Shown here piece after piece: positions 11,986-25,605 of a stretch of DNA of 64,000 nucleotides. How positions within the stretch are numbered: the first letter of the stretch is position 1; each line of letters begins with the position of its first letter. The stretch is from NCBI GenBank assembly GCA_030390025.1, contig CM059447.1, forward strand, positions 24,056,001-24,120,000. The letters run 5' to 3'. The stretch comes from Squalus acanthias. Lineage: Eukaryota. A model generated the notes under the pieces. It ran no database searches. It was given only the letters and a program-made list of their open reading frames with translations, and was not told where the DNA came from. The translations under genes and the position numbers were made by a program.

Positions 11986-13618
11986 AATATACAGCTAATA
12001 ATGTTGTTAAGCTGAAAATTGTGAATCTTGTAATTATTTGTGAGCCACATTTCCAGTAAACACAGAACTTAACCAAGTGCATGAAACTTAGCTTCAAGAA
12101 TGTATGGGCTTGACAGCTGTTAAAATGCAATGAGCTGCTCCTTTGTACAAGGCTTGGAAACATGATTTCACACAGGTTGTAAAAGAGAATGAGAGAAAAG
12201 AACCAAGGCACAGAGCAGCTTATTCTAACATTCTTGAGTAAATAAAAATATTTAGGGCTAAATTGTCATCTTCAGCGCCTGGCTGGTAAGCTGGTGGAAC
12301 AGTTGTAAAATCTGCCTGATTTTCATTCCATTGAAATCAATGGAAGTATGATTTGCATTAGATATATAAGGGAAAAAGTGAATGTTTGACGCATTCAGGA
12401 GTTCACAGTGTGCTAAAATAAGCCTTTTGCTGTGGTGGAGATAGCCATTAGGCATCAGGAGAGAATCTTAAAATCAGAAACCATCCAAAAACTTTAATGC
12501 TGCACCTAAACTCAAAATGGAGTGAATGCAGTACAGTGAATATTTTTAATAAATCATTGAACCCACCTCCCCCTATCTCCTCCCCCTCCCCCATCTCAAA
12601 AATTAAGTCCCAATAATACTTCAAAACCACAGGTGGTGATCCGACAACTTGCAACAATGCAGACGGCTGCTTAGCACGCAAACAGGAGGCAGCAACAAAA
12701 CTGAGGTTTATCATAAAAGAACCCACAAATGAGTAAAACTGCCATGTTAATCATACAGGGCTTTACTTACTATTTTCCCGAGGCAGTCTATCATTTGGTA
12801 AACAGGATTAAGCGGTGTCAAACTTATTTACATTTGTTACTGGTACAAAATTGCTCCAACCAGACTGTCAAAAGCACAAATTTCTGCGTTAGGTACAAAA
12901 GCCTATGTTCAAGCACAAATAGGAATTAACATTCGGGCCTGCCCTTAACTCACTCCAGTGAGTCTCTATCCCTGGATGTCCTCTCACCCTCTTTCTTCTT
13001 CCAACTCCCCATATGCAGATTACAGTAAGTGTAGAATTGTGTGACGAGGTAACTAGGGTTAATTCTCAGATTGCCAGCAGCCTCAAGGGATTCGGTGCTT
13101 CCTGGTTCAAACAGCTTTCCTTTTTATAAAAAAATTCAGCTGGTGCACCATGATGCTGAGAAATTCTCTGTTAGGGCCATAATGTCACTCAAATGTCAGC
13201 AGTAGCTTAATCATTCTGATAAGCTATATTTCTGAAATAGACACTGAAAAACTTAAATACAAATTTTACTTATTTTTATTTTCAGTTTCCTGCCCCCCAC
13301 CTTTTTGTGCAACCATTTCCTCGTCTTTTCTATTTTCATCATTTTAACTCTTGTGTTAGTTCGTACTTATTTTAACATTTATTATACCTTATTTCTTATT
13401 GACTTTACTTTTAAGATTTTAGCCTGCCTCTTTTGCACTTCCTACACAGGTATGGTGTCCATTCCTGAGGTCTAGCTCACATCGATTAATCTTAGCTCCA
13501 AAGACTGTTCCTTTCAGCCAATCAAATCACAAGATATTACAAATTAACCTGGGCATGTTATTAAAGCAACTATCTCAATCTTACGATGATCATCTTGTGT
13601 TGATGTTAGGCACTAAGT

Positions 13619-13892
13619 TAGAACATAAGAAATAGGAGCAGGAATAGGCCACTTGGCCCCTCGAGCCTGCTCCGCCATTCAATAAGATCATGGCTGATCT
13701 TGGGCTCAGAACTACTTCCCTGTCCGCTCCCCATAACCCTTCACTCCCTTATCTTGCAAAAATCTGTCTATCTCCGCCTTAAATGTATTTAATGACCCAG
13801 CCTCCACGGCTCTCTGGGGCAGAGAATTCCACAGATTTACGACCCTCTGAGAGAAGAAATTCCTCCTCATCTCAGTTCTAAAAGGGTGACCC
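13619..13892 (-). mobile_element. CR1-type LINE 3' fragment
   Basis: Starts with the TAAGAACATAAGAAATAGGAGCAGG tail, the reverse complement of the 3' end type seen at ~15800-15885. Confidence 0.75.
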
Positions 13893-15039
13893 TAAAAGTT
13901 AGCTTGAAGACCATAAGTTGCTGGCTATCCAGCAGACCAGGCACTGCCAAAACACGTTATATTCATCTTTGTTGTGACATACACTACTTAACAGGGAACT
14001 GAAAGAGTGTCATTTTTTTCTGAAGGAGTTTCTCACGCTTACTTTTTCAGGTCTTTATAGGATGATTTTCTCTCAATGGATTCAACAGTAGGTCCCATAA
14101 ACCTGTCCTTCTCCATATAATTTAGAAGCTGTATTTCTTGAGCAATCTATTTTTGCAGAACTGCATAACCCAGAAGATTTACTTAAAAGTGTTTTTCTTC
14201 TTTATTTCTTGAGGCTTGACCCCCTTCATCAAGCAAGTGTTAACATTTTCATATCATCCTTTCATAAACATTAAACACACCCATAGCTCAGAGGCAGCAG
14301 ACTAAATGTAAAGTTCATGCTAAATGATATTGCAGAGAGATCTATGTGGTCGATGAATGGCAACACCGCAACAACTACCACCATCATGCTTGTGCTGAAT
14401 GTGACATTTTAAGAATAGTTACCACAAGTCTTGTCCATTCGCTCGCTTCAGCTTCCACCCGAGATGAGGCAGTTGTTATTAATGTGGTAATGCTTCATAA
14501 TCTCCTTGCAGATGTATGTCCTCTGGCAGCAAAGAAGAGGCAAGACTCAATCCCACAGGTCCAGGTACTGTTCATCTACAAAAGCAAGGAAGACAATCAA
14601 GCAGGAAGATGGCCGGGTAAAGTGGCACAAGACGACAGCACAAAATTTATATAGTGCCTTTAATGTAGAAAAACATTCCTAAGTGCTTCACAGAGGTGAA
14701 AATTGAAACCAATGAGGATGAGGTGTCGTTCAGGGAGGAAAGGAGGGAGGATATGTTGGGGAGAAACTCACGCTACACAAGTTTGTTCTCCCCCATCCCA
14801 TGTCCATCATTCTTATAATGGGCAAGATTTCAGATTTAACGTCAAATTGATGCTGAATTATGATCAATTTTGTACGATGGATTTTGATATATTCATTTAC
14901 AAAAAAGAGTATTGCAGAGAAAGACAGAGAGCGATATAGCAAGAAGGCAAACACAGAGATAGAGAGAGAGGAAACATTCATCCTACCAACTTGAAATCAA
15001 ATCTAATTTTCAGTGAATGGAACTTGTATTCATGATTAA

Positions 15040-15885
15040 GTGAGTGGCCAAAATTATGGCAGCTGGAATTTAATGTGGGCAAGTGAGAGGTCATCCATCC
15101 ACCTTGGAACAAAGAAAGATAAATCGGAGTAGTTTTTTTTAAAAGGTAGAAATTAGAACATCTGGAGGATCAGAGATTTGGGAGTCCAAGTGGACAAATC
15201 AATTAAAGCTAGTAGACAGGTACCAAAAGCAATCAAAAAGGCTAATGGAATGTTGGCCTTTATCTCAAGGGGCTGGATTACAAAAGGGAGGAAGTTATGC
15301 TTCAGCTGCATAGAGCCTTGATCAGACCCCGCCTGGAGTACTGCGTTCAGTTTTGGGCACCACACCTCAGGAAGGATATATTGCCTTGAAGGGGGTGTAG
15401 CGCAGATTCACCAGAATGAAAATGGGGCTTAGAGGGTTAAATTATGAGGACAGGTTGCATAAACTTGGTTTGTATTCCCTTGAATATAGGAGATTGAGGG
15501 GTGATCTGATTGAGGGGTTCAAAATGTTAAAAGGATTCAATAGAGTAGATACAGAGAAACTATTTCCTCTCGTGGGGGAATCAATAAAAGGAGGGCATAA
15601 TCTTAAAATTAGAGCCAGGCCATTTAGGCGGGACATCAGGCAGCACTTTTTCCACACAAAAGGGAGTAGAAATCTGGAATTCTCTCCTCCAAAAGGCTGT
15701 GGATGCTGGGACAATTGGAGCTTTCAAAACTGAGATCAATAGATTTTTATTAGGTTAGGGTATCCAGGGATATGGAACAGAGGTGGGTAAATGGAGTGAG
15801 GTACAGATCAGCCAATGATCTAATTGAATGGCAGAGCAGGCTCGAGAGGCTGAATAGCCTACTCCTCTTCTTATGTTCCTATGAA
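15040..15885 (+). mobile_element. CR1 LINE 3' fragment (RT C-terminus and 3' UTR)
   Basis: YEDRLHKLGLYSLEYRRLRGDLIE...KGGHNLKI motif followed by a CTTATGTTCCTATG tail. Confidence 0.88.
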
Positions 15886-16452
15886 ACAGCTCCTCACTCA
15901 ATACATTTGTGAACAACTAATGATTGCAATTAGTTTGTTGATGCGTCTTGATGCAAATGGAACACTCTTTTCATACGCCTTTGTGCATTAGCAAAACAAT
16001 ATTGAATGTTGCAAACGTTTACTCTGATGTGGTGTAAATTTTCTCTGATGCTAATTTGATGGAGGTTCTGTACTTTTTTTTCCCGGCACATTCTGTTCCA
16101 GGAAGTTACCCTACCTGAAAATGCCCCCAACCACATTGCAATCCCCCAGGGTTATTTTATGATAAACAGAAGCAGAATAATAGTCGGCATTTGTTCTATT
16201 TTTTAAAAAAAAGAACAGTTCACTGTGTTGATGTTTAGTTCCATGAAAGAACAGTTGCAGTGCACAAAATATCAGACTGTCCACAACCCTCCAGCGATAC
16301 TGCAATCCCAGTGAGGAATAGGAATGCAGTTCCTCAGGCTGGATGGGAGCTGGCACTTTAGTTACCGAGTGCACTAAACACTCAAACACTTATATTTTTT
16401 TAATATTAATTTGAACTCATTCAATAAAACAGTCCGTGGAATAAACACCATT

Positions 16453-17213
16453 GGGCCAGAAATTCGGCTCTCCGGCTTCCCGCGGGTGCAAGGATCGCGC
16501 GCGTACTTACATACCGCGCCTGCCGTTGTGCTTCAGGCCCGCGTGGACTTCGGGTCCTGGGCCTCCTGCAGCTGCCGGCGCGTTGTGCTTGTGTATCCCA
16601 GGGGCGCAGTTAGTTCGAAGCGTCCCCTGGGATCACGTGGGCCATGGAGAGCCATGGAGAGCAGGGAATCTCCATTCATAGATTTTGACAGAAAGACCTG
16701 TCAAATCTATGAATAGAGATCGGCCCCAAAACCTCAGTAAAACTTCAAATAATTTTTTTTTAAATCACATTTTTAAAATAACTATAAATTACATAAATTA
16801 ACTACATTAAACAAAAATTTAATTTTTGAAAAAAATAATTACACTTTTTAACAGCGCTAAAAATAAACTTACCTTTCTTTAAAGTATGTAAAAAAGATAA
16901 ATCTGTTGAAAAAATGTTTAAATTGTATTTAATTCACCACTTACCTTGTTAAAAGCAGGCCTTGCGCCTCCTTTTTTCCTGCGCAGCTTCTCCGTACTTA
17001 CCCTCACGGAGAAACCTGAAAAAAAAAACGAAGTTCGCTGCGTGCGCGCTGCCTCTCCGGCGCATGCGGTTGACCCTCGAACCCCTTCTTTCACGAGACT
17101 GGAAGTTCCGGTTTCCCGTGCATGCGCAGTGCATGCGCAAAACCGGCACTTCCGGTGGCCCTACAGGTGAGTACACAGCGCGTACTCACCCGTGAGACCC
17201 GAATTTCTGCCCC
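16453..17213. mobile_element. Harbinger-type MITE (~760 bp)
   Basis: TIRs GGGCCAGAAATTCGG / CCGAATTTCTGCCCC, GC-rich arms and an AT-rich core; shares internal blocks with 35687-36424. Confidence 0.8.
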
Positions 17214-17399
17214 AATATCACACGACTAGATGGTAGCTCATTACTGGGTTTATTTTACTTGCGAGAAAGAACCCTTCCTTATCTATCTACGAATTGTGGA
17301 TCTTGTGCAGTTATTACAGACTATTCGATTGTTGAACTTGTCACCTGATATTCACATATAAACATGTTCCACCAGGGCTCAGTTGATAATTATTAGGAG

Positions 17400-20046
17400 C
17401 TAGGTGAGGAAGCTGAAGTCAATTCTAGTGCTACCACCGCTACCCCGAGATCAGTTAATGCAGCACAAAAGAGGAATTAAGCGGAGTGCTTCTAGACAGA
17501 GTGCTAAAGTTGTGAATTTGAAGAAAGTGGGAATTCGGAGCAGAGGGAGAAGGATGAGAGTGCAAGAGGAGTGGCCGGAGATAAAGGTAGGCCCGAGAGC
17601 CCGGAGCCGGAGGGAGCATGAGCGTCAGGGAGTGAGGTTAAAAAAAAACGAAAGTGACATCAGCACAAGGGAAGGAGCTGAAAAGAAAAAAAATTGGTGA
17701 GTAGCTGGTGATTTTTTCTTTAAGTCTTGAGTTTATTTCTGTTAAGTTAGTTGATAGCCTATTAAATAGAGGCATGGCAGGGCACCTCAGTCCCATGGAA
17801 TGCTCATCTTGTGCCATGTGGGAACTCCAGGACGCTTTCCGTGTCCTGGACAACCACATGTGCAGGAAGTGTCATCAGCGAGCTCCGGGTTTCGGAGCTT
17901 GAACAGCAGCTGGTGTCACTGCGTTGCATCCGTGAGGCTCACAGCTACGTGGATAGCACGGTTCAGGGTCTGGTCGCCCCGCAGATTAAGAGTGTGCAGG
18001 CAGAGAGGGAATGGGTGACCGCCAGACAGACAAGGAGGACCAGGCAGGTAGTGCAGGAGCCCCAGAGTGTATCTCACTCTCTAACCGGTATTCAGAATAC
18101 TGGTGAGGGCGATGGTTCCTCTGGGGAGTACAGCCAGAGCCAAGTCCACAGCACCACAGGTGGCTCAGCTGTACAAGGGGGGAGGAGGAAGATCAGGAAA
18201 GCAATAGAGATAGGGGATTCCATAGTTAGGGGAACAGACAGGTGTTTCTGTGACCGCAGACGTAATTCCAGGATGGTATGTTGCCTCCCTGGTGCCAGGG
18301 TCAAGGATGTCACTGAGTGGCTGCAGAACATTCTGAGGCGGGAGGGTGAACAGCCAGAGGTCATGGTCCAGATCGGTATTAATGACATAGGTAGAAAGAG
18401 GGATGAGGTCCTACAGGCAGATTTTAGGGAGCTAGGAAAGAGATTAAAAAGCAGGACCTCAAAGGTAGTAATCTCCGGATTACTCCCGGTGCCACGAGCT
18501 AGTGAGTATAGAAATAGGAGGATAGAGCAGATGAATGCGTGGCTGGAGAGATGGTGCAGGAGGGAGGGCTTTAGATTCCTGCGACATTGGGACCAGTTCT
18601 GGGGAAGGTGGGACCAGCACAGGCCGGATGAGTTGCACCTCAACAGAGCCAGGACCAATATCCTCACTGGGGGGTTTGCTGGTGGTGTTGGGGAAGGTTT
18701 AAACTAATTTGGCAGGGGGGTGTGCACCAGGATGTACCATTAGAAAGGAGAAACAAGGTGCACAAAGGATTGGGAGAGACAGATAGCACTAGAGTAAGAC
18801 ATAGTACGGTATTTGGTGGGATCAGACTAAGAGAGAATACAAGAAGGTCTAAGATAGGTTTACAGTGCATGCATGTGTGTAAACGCACGAAGCGTGGTAA
18901 ATAAGGTTGGTGAGCTGCAGGTGCAAATAGCCACATGGGAATATGATGTCGAGGCAATAACGGAGACCTGGCTCAAAAAAGGGCAGGATTGGGTACTAAA
19001 TATTCCTGGATATAAGGTGTTCAGGAAAGATAGGGAAGGAAAGAAAGGAGGTGGTGTGGCACTATTGATTAAGAAGAATATTACAGTGCTGGAGAGGGAG
19101 GATATTCTGGAGGGGTCAAGGACAGAATCTATATGGCTAGAGTTGAGAAACAATAGAGGTGCCATTACACTACTAGGTGTATTCTATCGGCCACCAACAA
19201 GTGGGAAGGATATAGAGGAGCAAATTTGCAGGGAAATTACAGAGAGTCACGAGAACTATAAAATAGTGATAATTCGGGACTTCAACTATCCTAATATAGA
19301 CTGGGATAGTAATAGCATAAAGAGCAGAGAGGAGGAAGAATTTCTGAAGTGTGTCCAGGAGAACTTTCTTGATCAGTACATTTCTGGCCCAATGAGGAAG
19401 GAAACATTGCTGAATCTGGTTCTGGGGAATGAGATGGGTCAAGTGGAGCAAGTGTCAATAGGTGAACATTTAGGGAACAGTGATCATAGTATCATAAGGT
19501 TTAGATTAGCTATGGAAAAGGACAAGGAGCAATCTAGAGTAAAAATACTGAATTGGAGGAGGGCCAATTTTAGTGGGTTGAGAACGGATCTGGCCCAGGT
19601 AATTTGGAATCAAAGATTGGCAGGCAAAACTGTAATCGAACAATGGTTCGATAATGGTAAAGAGGAGATGGTTCGGGTACAGTCAAGGTATATTCCCACA
19701 AGGGGGAAAGGTAGGATAACCAAAGCCAGAGCTTCCTGGATGACGAAAGAAATAGAGAGTAAGATGAAGCAGAAAAAGGGGGCCTATGACAGATGTCAGG
19801 TTGAGACTATAAATGAGAAGCGGGATGAATATAGAAAGTTCAGAGGTGAAGTGAAAAAGGAAATAAGTGGGGCAAAGAGAGAGTAAGAGAATAGACTGGC
19901 AGCTAACATAAAAGTGAATCCAAAAGTTTTCTATAGGCATATAAGTAATAAACAGGTAGTAAGAGGAGAATGGGGCCGATTATGGACCAAAAAGGTGACC
20001 TACGCATGGAGGCAGAGGGTATGGCTGAGGTACTAAATGAGTACTT
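17400..20046 (+). mobile_element. CR1 LINE 5' portion: ORF1 (Zn finger, coiled coil, SGNH esterase) and ORF2 APE endonuclease
   Basis: ORF1 ~17774-18707 with CSSC..CRKC and IGDSIVRG/CLPGARV/GINDIG/DELHLN (frameshifted). ORF2 ~18870-20046 with NARSVVNK, ITETWL, GGGVAL, DFNYP, SDH. Interrupted at ~20046. Confidence 0.92.
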
Positions 20047-22845
20047 TTTCTTTATTCATACATGGAATTTGGGCGTCGCTGGCAAGGCCAGCATTTATTG
20101 CCCATCCCTAATTGCCCTTGAGAAGGTGGTGGTGAGCCAGCTTCTTGAACTGCTGCAGTCCGTGTGGTGAAGGTACTCCCACAGGGCTGTTAGGGAGGGA
20201 GTTCCAGGATTTTGACCCAGCGACGATGAAGGATCTGCGATATACTTCTAAGTGAGGATGGTGTGTGACTTGGAGGGGAACTTGGAGGTGATGGTCTTCC
20301 CATGTGCCTGCTGCCCTTGTCCTTCTAGGTGGAAGAGGTCGCGGGTTTGGGAGGTGCTGCCGAAGAAGCCTTGGCGAGTTGCTGCAGTGCATCTTGTAGA
20401 CGGTACACACTGCAGCCACGGTACGCCAGTGGTGGAGGGAGTGAATGTTTAAGGTGGTGGATTGGGTGCCAATCAAGCGGGCTGCTTTGTCCTGGATGGT
20501 GTCGAGCTTCTTGAGTGTTGTTGGAGCTGCACTCATCCAGGCAAGTGGAGAGTATTCCATCACACTCCTGACTTGTGCCTTGTAGATGGTGGAAAGGCTT
20601 TGGGGAGTCTGGAAGTGAGAGACTCGCCACAGAATACCCAGCCTCTGACCTGCTCTTGTTGCCTCAGTATTTATGTGGCTGGTCCAGTTAAGTTTCTGGT
20701 CAATGATGACCCCCAGGATGTTGATGGTGGGGGAGTTGGTGATGGTAATGCCATTGAATGTTAAGGGGCGGTGGTTAGACACTCGCTTGTTGGAGATGGT
20801 CATTGTCTGGCACTTGTGTAGTGCAAATGTTACCTGCTACTGAATGTCGTCCAGGTCTTGCTGCATGCTGGCATGGACTGCTTCATTATCTGTGGAGTTG
20901 CGAATGGCGCTGAACACTGTGCAGTCATCAGCGAACATCCCTACTTCTGGCCTTATGATGGAGGGAAGGTCATTGATGAAGCAGCTGAAGATGTTTGGGC
21001 CTAGAACACTGCCCTGAGGAACTCCTGCAGCGATGTCCTGAGGCTGTGATGTTTGAGCTCCAACCACCACAACCATCTTCCTTTGTGCTAGGTATGACTC
21101 CAGTCAGTGGAGAGTTTTCCCTCCGATTCCCATTGACTTCAGTTTTACTAGGGTTCCTTGATGCCACACTCGGTCAAATGCTGGCTTGATGTCAAGGGCA
21201 GTCACTCACACCTCACCTGTGGAATTCAGCTCTTTTGTCCATGTTTGGACCAAGGCTGTAATGAGGTCTGGAGCGGAGTGGTCCTGGCGGAACCCAAACT
21301 GGGCATCAGTGAGCAGGTTATTGGTGAGTAAGTGCTGCTTGATAGCACTGTCGATGACACCTTCCATCACTTTGCTGATGATTGAGAGTAGACTGATGGG
21401 GCGGCAATTGTCCGGATTGGATTTGTCCTGCTTTTTGTGGCCAGGACGTACCTGGGCAGTTTTCCACATTGTCGGATAGATGCCAGTGTTGTAGCTGTAC
21501 TGGAACAGCTTGGCTAGAGGCACAGCTAGTTCTGGAGCACAAGTCTTCAGCACAACAGCCGACGTGTTGTCGGGGCCCATAGCCTTTGCTGTATCCAGTG
21601 CGCTCAGCCATTTCTTGATATCACGTGGAGTGAATCGGATTGGCTGAAAACTGGCTTCTATGATGGTGGGGACCTCAGGAGGAGGCCGATATGGATCATC
21701 CACTCGGCACTTTTGGCTGAAGATGGTTGCAAACACTTCAGCCTTGTCTTTTGCACTCACGTGCTGGGCTCCACCATCATTGAGGATGGGGATATTCATG
21801 GAGCCTCCTCTTCCCGTTAGTTATTTAATGGTCCACCACCATTCACGACTGGATGTGGCAGGATGCAAAGCTTTAATCTGATCTGATCTGTTGATTGTGG
21901 GATCACTTAACCTTGTCTATAGCATGCTGCTTCTGCTTTTGAGCATGCATGTAGTCCTGTGTTGCAGCTTCCCCAGGTTGGCACCTCATTTTTAGGTACT
22001 CCTGGTACTGCTCCTGGCATACTCTTCTGCACTCCTTATTGAACCAGGGTTGGTCCCCTGGCTTGATGGCAATGGTAGAGTGAGGGATATGCCGGACCAT
22101 GAGGTTACAGATTGTGGTGGAATACAATTCTGCTGCTGCTGATGGCCCGCAGTGGCTCATAGATGCCCAGTTTTGAGCTGCTAGATCTGTTCTGAATCTA
22201 TCCCATTTAGCACGGTGGTAATGCCACACAACACGATGGAGGGTGTCCTCACTGTGAAGACAGGACTTCATCTCCACAATGACTCTAATTGACAGATGCA
22301 TCTGCGACAGGTAGATTGGTAAGGACGAGGTCAAGTAGGTTTTTCCCTCGTGTTGGTTCTCTCACCACCTGTCGCAGGCCCAGACTGGCAGCTATGTCCT
22401 TCAGGACTCGGCCAGCAGTAGTGGTGCTACTGAGCCACTCTTGGTGATGGACATTGAAGTCCCCCTACCCAGAGTACATTCTGTGCCCTTGCTACTCTCA
22501 GTGCTTCTTCCAAGTGGTGTTCAACATGGAGGAGTACTGATTCATCAGCTGAGGGAGGGCGGTAGGTGGTAATGCTTGACCTGAAGCCATGAGACTTCAT
22601 GGGGTCCGGAGTCAATGTTGAGGACTCCCAGGGCCACTCCTTCCCGACTGTATATCACTATACCACCACCCCTGGTGGGTCTGTCCTGCTGGTGGGACAG
22701 GACATACTCAGGGATGGTGACGGAGGAGTTTGGGACATTGGCTGAAAGGTATGATTCTGTGAGTATGACTGTGTCAGGCTGTTGCTTGACTAGTCTGTGG
22801 GACAGCTCTCCCAATTTTGCACAAGTCCCCAGATGTTGGTGAGGG
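20047..22845 (-). mobile_element. Non-LTR retrotransposon (APE + RT ORF2, several frameshifts) inserted antisense into the CR1
   Basis: LTESYL..DRPTRGGG endonuclease, KAMGPDN, RPISLLSIISK, QFGFR, GVPQGSVLGP, MFADDC and the C-terminus HHHLLKGN with its 3' tail. Confidence 0.92.
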
Positions 22846-23066
22846 TCTGAAAGGGTGGGGGAGGCACTGCCTGAAAGGGTGGTGGAGGCAGATTCGATCG
22901 TGGCATTCAAAAAGGGAATTGGATAAGTAGCTGAAGGAAAAATATTTGCAGGGCTACGGGGAAAGGGCGGGGGCGTGGGACTAGCTGAAGTGCTCTTGGA
23001 GAGAGCCGGCACGGGCTAGACCTGCTGACTGGCTTCCTTCTGTGCTGTAACCATTCTATGATTCTA
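22846..23066 (+). mobile_element. CR1 3' end fragment
   Basis: Closely similar to 24150-24350 and ends in ATTCTATG repeats. Confidence 0.8.
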
Positions 23067-23504
23067 TGAAATGTAGATACCTTCTCGATCTACATGGCTC
23101 AATAACACTCACACAGTGCGTTGGCTGTATGAGAGCAATAACCCACTCAAATTTCACTTTTATAGTTGAACTGATAAGATTACTGCTTTTAGTCACTGGT
23201 ATTATTATTCTCAATTATGAGGGCGAATTGCAGGCAATCATTTCATTTCATAACAACACAAGTTCTGTCCCACCCAGACTTACAGTAAAAGCGTAGTTGA
23301 AGTGCTCCATGGTAACATTTGACCAACCTGTGTGCCACCTGGAACACAGCCCACAGACATCAGTTTCACTGTTGATCAGTGGAGAAATGATTCAAATCGA
23401 AAATAGAAAAGAAAAACAGGGTGAACAGTCATTACACTCAGGAAAAGCTTGTGTGGATGTTTCTCAGAACCATTCATAGGAAACAATATGTGAAAAGCAT
23501 AAGC

Positions 23505-24365
23505 AAAATTAAAATGGAAGATTTAATGTGGCAGATGAAATTTAACACAGAAAAGTACGAAGTGATACATTTTGGTAGCACGAATGAGGAGAGGCAATAT
23601 AAACTAAAGGGTACAATTCTAAAGGGGATGCATGAACAGAGAGACCTGGGGATATATGTGCACAAATCGTTGAAGGTGGCAGGCTGGTTGAGAAGGTGTT
23701 TAAAAAAGCTTACGGGATCCTGGAATTCATAAATAAAGCCATAGAGTACAAAAGCAAGGAAGTTATGATGAACCTTTATAAAACACTGGTCCGGCCTCAG
23801 CTGGAGTATTGTGTCCAATTCTGGGCACCGCACTTTAGGAAGGATGTGAAGGCCTTAGAGAGGGTGCTGAAAAGATATACAAGAATGGTTCCAGGGATGA
23901 GGGACTTCAGTTACGTGGATAGACTGGAGAAGCTGGGGTTGTTCTCCTTAGAGCAGAGAAGGTTGGGAGGAGATTTGATAGAGGTGTTCAAAATCTTGAG
24001 GGGTCTAGACAAAGTAGATAAAGAGAAATGGTTCCCATTGGCAGAAGGGTTGAGAACCAGAGGACACAGATTTAAGGTGATTGGCAGAAGAACCAAAGGC
24101 GACAGGAGGAAAAACATTTTTACGTAGCGAGTGGTTATGATCTGGAATGAACTGCCTGAAAGGGTGGTGGAGGCAGATTCAATCACGGCTTTCAAAAGGG
24201 AATTGGATAAGTACCTGAAGGAAAAAAAATTGCAGGCCTACGGGGAAAGGGCGGGGGAGTAGGACTAGCTGAAGTGCTCTTGCAGAGAGCCAGCACGGGC
24301 TCGACGGGCCGAATAACCACCTTCTATGCTGTAACCATTCTATGATTCTATTCTGTGATTCTATG
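23505..24365 (+). mobile_element. CR1 LINE 3' fragment
   Basis: [34 protein letters not shown] motifs and an (ATTCTATG)n tail. Confidence 0.92.
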
Positions 24366-24834
24366 TGCCCAGGGGAACAACAAACACCTCAATTGAAACA
24401 CAAAACTGGAGAAGTGAAGGATAAAGTGAGATGGGCTCTACCATTCTGTTCTGTGCTTTAAGATAGCTGTGCTTTTACTGTTGGAAAAGTCTGTTAACAG
24501 TTTACCACATCTGATTTGGTGGGGGAAGAAGTACTTGTTGATGTCTGCATCAGCTTCCAGCGTCGAACGCCTTTTATTTCAGTTGTAGATGCTGCAGCAT
24601 AACCTCAAGAAATGTGAAAATGTATCTCGGGTCAGAGAAACACTTCTGATGTAAACAATTGTTCCATAATCTATTCGCTGGTAATACTGCAGTAACAATA
24701 TCACAAAGGAGGGTAATTCATTGCCAGTCCTTGTTTAAACTGGATTTGCACCATTAGCACCGAAGTATTGGGAGTATTCAGACAATGGTAAGAAAAAAGT
24801 TGTAATTTTAACTTGGAAATGCCTCAACAGTAAA

Positions 24835-25010
24835 GAAAGAACGTGCATTGACATAGTGGCTCTCACAATCTCAGAATGCCCAAAGCACTTCATAGCCAAT
24901 GAATGATTTCTGAAGTATAACCACTGTTGTTTTGTAGGCAAATGTGGCAGTCAATTTGTGCACAGCAAGGTTCCACAAATGGCAATGACCAAATAATCTG
25001 TTTTAGCGAC
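24835..25010 (-). mobile_element. SINE 3' fragment (DeuSINE-like)
   Basis: Similar to 4360-4540. Confidence 0.6.
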
Positions 25011-25189
25011 ATTGTTTAATATCCTTACATCATACAAAACTACTGGAAACAGGATGGGAGTCAAAGACTACATTCTGACAGCAGAAATTTGAATCTGAAT
25101 TAGAATTAAACATTGTAACTCATAGTTAGCTGTCCATTATTGTAGAGAGCACTGTTCATGAAAAATCTGCAGAAATGAGACAGCAAATG

Positions 25190-25605
25190 TGGAGAGATTA
25201 GAGAAGCTGGGATTGTTCTCTTTAAAGCAGAGAAGGTTATGGGGAGATTTAACAGAGGTGGTCAAAATTATGAAGGCTTTTGATAGAGTAAATAAGGAGA
25301 AACTGTTTTCACCAGAGGACATAGATTTGAGGTAATTGGCAAAAGAACCAGAGGGGAGGTGAGGAGAAATTATTTTATGCAGTGAGTTGTTGTGATCTGG
25401 AATGCACTGCCTGAAAGGGTGGTGGAAGCAGATTCAATAGTAACTTTCAAAAGGGAATTGGAGAAATACTTGAAAAGGAAAAATTTACAGGGCTTTGGGG
25501 AAAGAGCAGGGGTGTGGGAGTAATTGGATAGCTCTTTCAAAGAGCTGGCACAGGCACGATGGGCCAAATGGTCTCCTTCTCCGCTGTACGATTATATGGT
25601 TCTAA
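25190..25605 (+). mobile_element. CR1 3' fragment
   Basis: Colinear with 23920-24350. Confidence 0.8.

Noticed and set aside
14511-14620. Plus-strand AG...GT-bounded segment open in several frames
   Set aside because: No recognisable protein and no linked exons.
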